NCBI GenBank assembly: GCA_029953675.1
Contig: JAMWBK010000005.1
Coordinates: 1,302,001 to 1,366,000, forward strand
Origin: Rhodosorus marinus CCMP1338
Lineage: Eukaryota; Plantae; Rhodophyta
Direction: 5' to 3'
Length of the DNA stretch: 64,000 bases
Each line of letters opens with the position of its first letter. Position 1 is the first letter of the stretch. The translations under genes and the position numbers were made by a program. Below the pieces are notes generated by a model. The model was not told the DNA's origin. It was given only the letters and a program-made list of their open reading frames with translations, and made no database searches. Of the stretch, positions 60,957 to 64,000 are shown piece by piece.

Positions 60957-61434
60957 TCACGCACTTATGCTAGTAGACTTTCTCTTCTGGGCGTTGCTAA
61001 TCGCAACAGCCCGCTTAACGGCATCGTCGCTCAAATCGCTTCTGTAACCTTTGAGGGCATTCTTAACGGCCTAAGAAAAAAGCAAAATAGGAACGAGCAG
61101 AGAGTTTTTAGATGCGCAGCTCAACCACATTCTAGCGCATAAAGCTACATACTCGCACGGTGCGCCTCGTATTTCGCTTCAATCCAGTCTTGTTCCACGT
61201 CTTCTTCGGCTTGGTCGAAGCACCTTCCTTCCCGGACTTCAGAGAAAGCTCCACGCCCCCTTCGACCTCCGCAATATCGGCCGCCTTCTCGTTCGAGAGC
61301 CCAGAGTACTTGAAGCTGTTCTTGCTTGTAAGATTCCCCTTCTCGCAAGAGAACTCCGCCCCCTGAGCATTTCTAGTCTTAACCAGAAAGCAGCTGTTCT
61401 TCCTCAACACCGACCACAAAAGTTGCGAACTCAT
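60957..61434 (-). CDS. RPL28: 60S ribosomal protein eL28 (2 exons)
   Basis: MSSQLLWSVLRKNSCFLVK, EKGNLTSKNSFKYSGL; intron 61071-61152; exon 2 contains YRSDLSDDAVKRAVAI. Confidence 0.95.
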
Positions 61435-62121
61435 CCTTTCTTAATAACCCAAAACAAAACAAAACAAAAACCTTACGAACCCGCCCAACAAAAAGAAGTG
61501 CAAGCTATCCCCTCCTTCCCCTACTCCTCAGCAGCATTCCGATAAACGGACCCGATTTCTACTTACCAATCCAAACTTCCCCAAAATCGTCCCCCTTCCC
61601 CACCCACGAAAACCCATCTGTTTTCACCCAAACCGCCGCTGACCACGGCCGTCAAAAATCCAGAAGGAAGGAAAGAAAATGTTCATATTTGATTGGTAAA
61701 AACGAGACACTTGGAGATAATTAAATGGCCAACTCGACCATCAACACTAATATAATTGGATTAACAAAAACGCGTTTATATATCATTGGTCACTATTATT
61801 CAATCAATATTTAGTATAGATTGACTATGTAGTCAACTTCGTTCGGAATATGTGTACGACTGAATGGGTTGAGAACATTTCTGCTGTTTTGCTTGTTTAC
61901 AATGATTGTCAGGGTTTTATCTACCTGTTCAGCGAATGGCAAGTTTTAGATGAGGACAGGGAAGGTGATGTTCCATGGAGCTAGGTCTAGCTCCCCGCGC
62001 TAGGACAAAAAACACAAAAAAAAAAACAAGAACAAGCGCGCGCGTTTCCTTCCCTGTCTTCTGCGAGCATTGGGACACCCTTGTGGGTTCCGAAAAGGAA
62101 TAAACCGATATTGTTATCAGT

Positions 62122-63435
62122 TTAATCCATTTTTTGGTCGCAACAAAAGTCGTTCAAGAGTGAGCTCGGCAGTTCTTCTTGGTATCTTCTCATAAGCCAC
62201 GCGAAAAGATCTGGGTGCATCGCTCTTAGCGTGTCGGAGACTCCTCCTCCATAGTAGACCGGTTTGGAGGACGTTGGCGGCAGCTCAATTGGGCCACCCG
62301 TGCGAGAATGTTTGAGGAACACTTCAAGGTGGCTAATTGCCGACGCGGGTGATAATCTCAAAACGTCAAAGTTGAGGAAGAAGACGTCCTTGTACCGCAT
62401 CCACGACTCTCGATGGTACTTGAGGTACTGAATACGGTCGAGCGTCCTCAGTTCGTCTTCCATAGGTACTGATTGTCTGAGACACTGGAACCGATGGTTT
62501 TTCCTAAACGACTCACAGCTATCCAAAGACAGTTCATTTCGGTCCATCAGGAACTCCTGGAAGCTTGACGAATATCCACCTAGCCTCTTGTAATAGTTCC
62601 AAAGGCTAGCCATGTTGTCAGCAAGATCTCGATAGACATACACAATCTTTCCATTCTTTCTGTACCAAGCTAGCGCGTCACAACCAAGATGGCTGTCAGC
62701 CGGTGAGTGATCACTTACTTCCACGATCTCATACATATGACCAAAGTACTTATGCAGAAACTTGATCGCCGTGTGCGTCCCAGCTCTGCGATGGGAGACA
62801 ACGAAAATAGCTGGTTTCTTCCACTCCTCGGGTACTTCTGCATCGTACAAGAGGGCGGGATCACCAGTACATGCCAACTTTTTCTTGGACTCACGACGTT
62901 TGCTTATCCGGCTTTCCTCCGCGAATGCAACCTTAAGACGTTCTATATCCATCCTCTGTGCCATTAAATCACTCTCGAGTTTCTCAGCGTGATCCCTTAA
63001 ATATTTCTCCTTACTTGCAACATCTACAACTGGCAACTTGATCTCAGTGAATCCCCTGGGAGAGCGGTATTGACAGAGGACGAAAGCTTCAAATTTCGAA
63101 TCTGACGGAGCACGAAGCGCATGCGCAAGAAGCTCAGCAAACTTTGTCTTGTCGTTCTCCAGCTTTTTCAGGTGAACTTCAGCGTTCTGAAGTTTACTTT
63201 TCAGCAAGGAAATCGATGTCTGTCGAGATTCCAGAAAGAGATACATCTTCGTCGTCAAGAAAATCAGTAGAACAATCCCAAGCAGCGCCGTCGCCACATA
63301 AACGTTCAACTGCCGCAGAAGGCTTCGAAATGAACCACCAAAATTTCCACTCTTCCATCTCCGGCGGGGTCCCCATGTCTTTGAACCCATTCCGTCCACA
63401 AAGTTCTGAATCTGAACCCCGAAAACTTCCGCCAA
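62122..63435 (-). CDS. PAPS-dependent sulfotransferase, type II membrane topology (TM helix, coiled-coil stem, catalytic domain)
   Basis: TM VYVATALLGIVLLIFL; 5'-PSB-like FVVSHRRAGTH; 3'-PB-like KIVYVYRDLADNMASLWNY. Confidence 0.85.
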   Translation of the reverse strand: MAEVFGVQIQNFVDGMGSKTWGPRRRWKSGNFGGSFRSLLRQLNVYVATALLGIVLLIFLTTKMYLFLESRQTSISLLKSKLQNAEVHLKKLENDKTKFAELLAHALRAPSDSKFEAFVLCQYRSPRGFTEIKLPVVDVASKEKYLRDHAEKLESDLMAQRMDIERLKVAFAEESRISKRRESKKKLACTGDPALLYDAEVPEEWKKPAIFVVSHRRAGTHTAIKFLHKYFGHMYEIVEVSDHSPADSHLGCDALAWYRKNGKIVYVYRDLADNMASLWNYYKRLGGYSSSFQEFLMDRNELSLDSCESFRKNHRFQCLRQSVPMEDELRTLDRIQYLKYHRESWMRYKDVFFLNFDVLRLSPASAISHLEVFLKHSRTGGPIELPPTSSKPVYYGGGVSDTLRAMHPDLFAWLMRRYQEELPSSLLNDFCCDQKMD

Positions 63436-63480
63436 GCGAACACACCCACGCGATTCAATAAACCATTGACGGAAAAACTG

Positions 63481-64000
63481 TCAAAAGCTTAAACTCACAG
63501 GCCTCCAACTCCTCGAATAAAACTTTCGGAGGCTCTTCTCACTTGCATTCCACAAACATGGAGCGACGGAGATGACTAACTCCCCGGCTGACAAGAATCG
63601 ACTACAGATGTCCGCCCCGGCATCCACCCTTTCCCTGCTTGCATCAGGTCCACATGCGAAAACTGTTACCACAAACAGTACCCGACGCTTATAGAAGCGT
63701 TGTTAACTTGATGTGACTTGACGGCGACAACACATACCGTCATCGCCCCACTTCAACACAGCTTTAGGCTTCTTCAACTGGACAAGCGCATATATTCCGC
63801 CAGCTTAGAAATGATTGTCCTAATCGAACTCGCCCCCGCAGGTGCTGTTCCCGAAATGGTAACGAGGAGCAAGCGTCTCAGCGTGGGTTTTGCTTTTGTG
63901 CTCGGGCTCTGCTTGACACTGCCTGTTCGTGTCCACAACTCCGGCGTTTGCTTGGATAGTCCAGCGAGCCAAGTGATTGAGAGAAACACGATCTCTACTG
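63481..64000 (-). CDS. Possible 3' exons of a gene continuing beyond the window
   Basis: Candidate exons with splice signals (ccag|LKKPKAVLKWAMT|gtatgt) and ORFs 63481-63672 and 63774-63989; identity unknown. Confidence 0.25.

Noticed and set aside
63481-63700. VFACGPDASRERVDAGADI resembling ribosomal protein uL1
   Set aside because: The downstream GLMP motif and the rest of the domain are missing.

Overview
Eukaryotic nuclear DNA with compact genes and short GT-AG introns (mostly about 65-120 nt, CTAAC/CTGAC branch points, some AAG acceptors). N-terminal extensions of the M-x-x-G-F type and the gene set suggest a red alga; this is an inference. The gene-dense arms (0-26 kb, 45-53 kb, 61-64 kb) encode a repeat-rich protein spliced to a WrbA-type flavoprotein, an Fpg/MutM glycosylase spliced to a centrin-like EF-hand lobe, an alpha/beta hydrolase lacking its nucleophile, an ABA4-like protein, a plastid NFACT/RqcH, a C-terminal-half-only NDUFS1, DPH5, a CobD-like PLP enzyme, a DUF547 protein, RPL28 and a membrane sulfotransferase. 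The centre (28-45 kb) is an accessory island: five co-oriented, CDS-intronless, bacterial-type SRPBCC paralogs surround a 6.4-kb palindrome. Its arms carry identical secreted metallo-beta-lactamase-fold genes around a deleted copia element and the stump of a third paralog. A decayed gypsy element (20-24 kb) has two internal inverted duplications and a nested insertion with a target-site duplication. A GTCCGATA/TATCGGAC palindromic repeat family lies at 19.6 kb and 58-59.4 kb. All exon models were derived by eye and no database searches were run.
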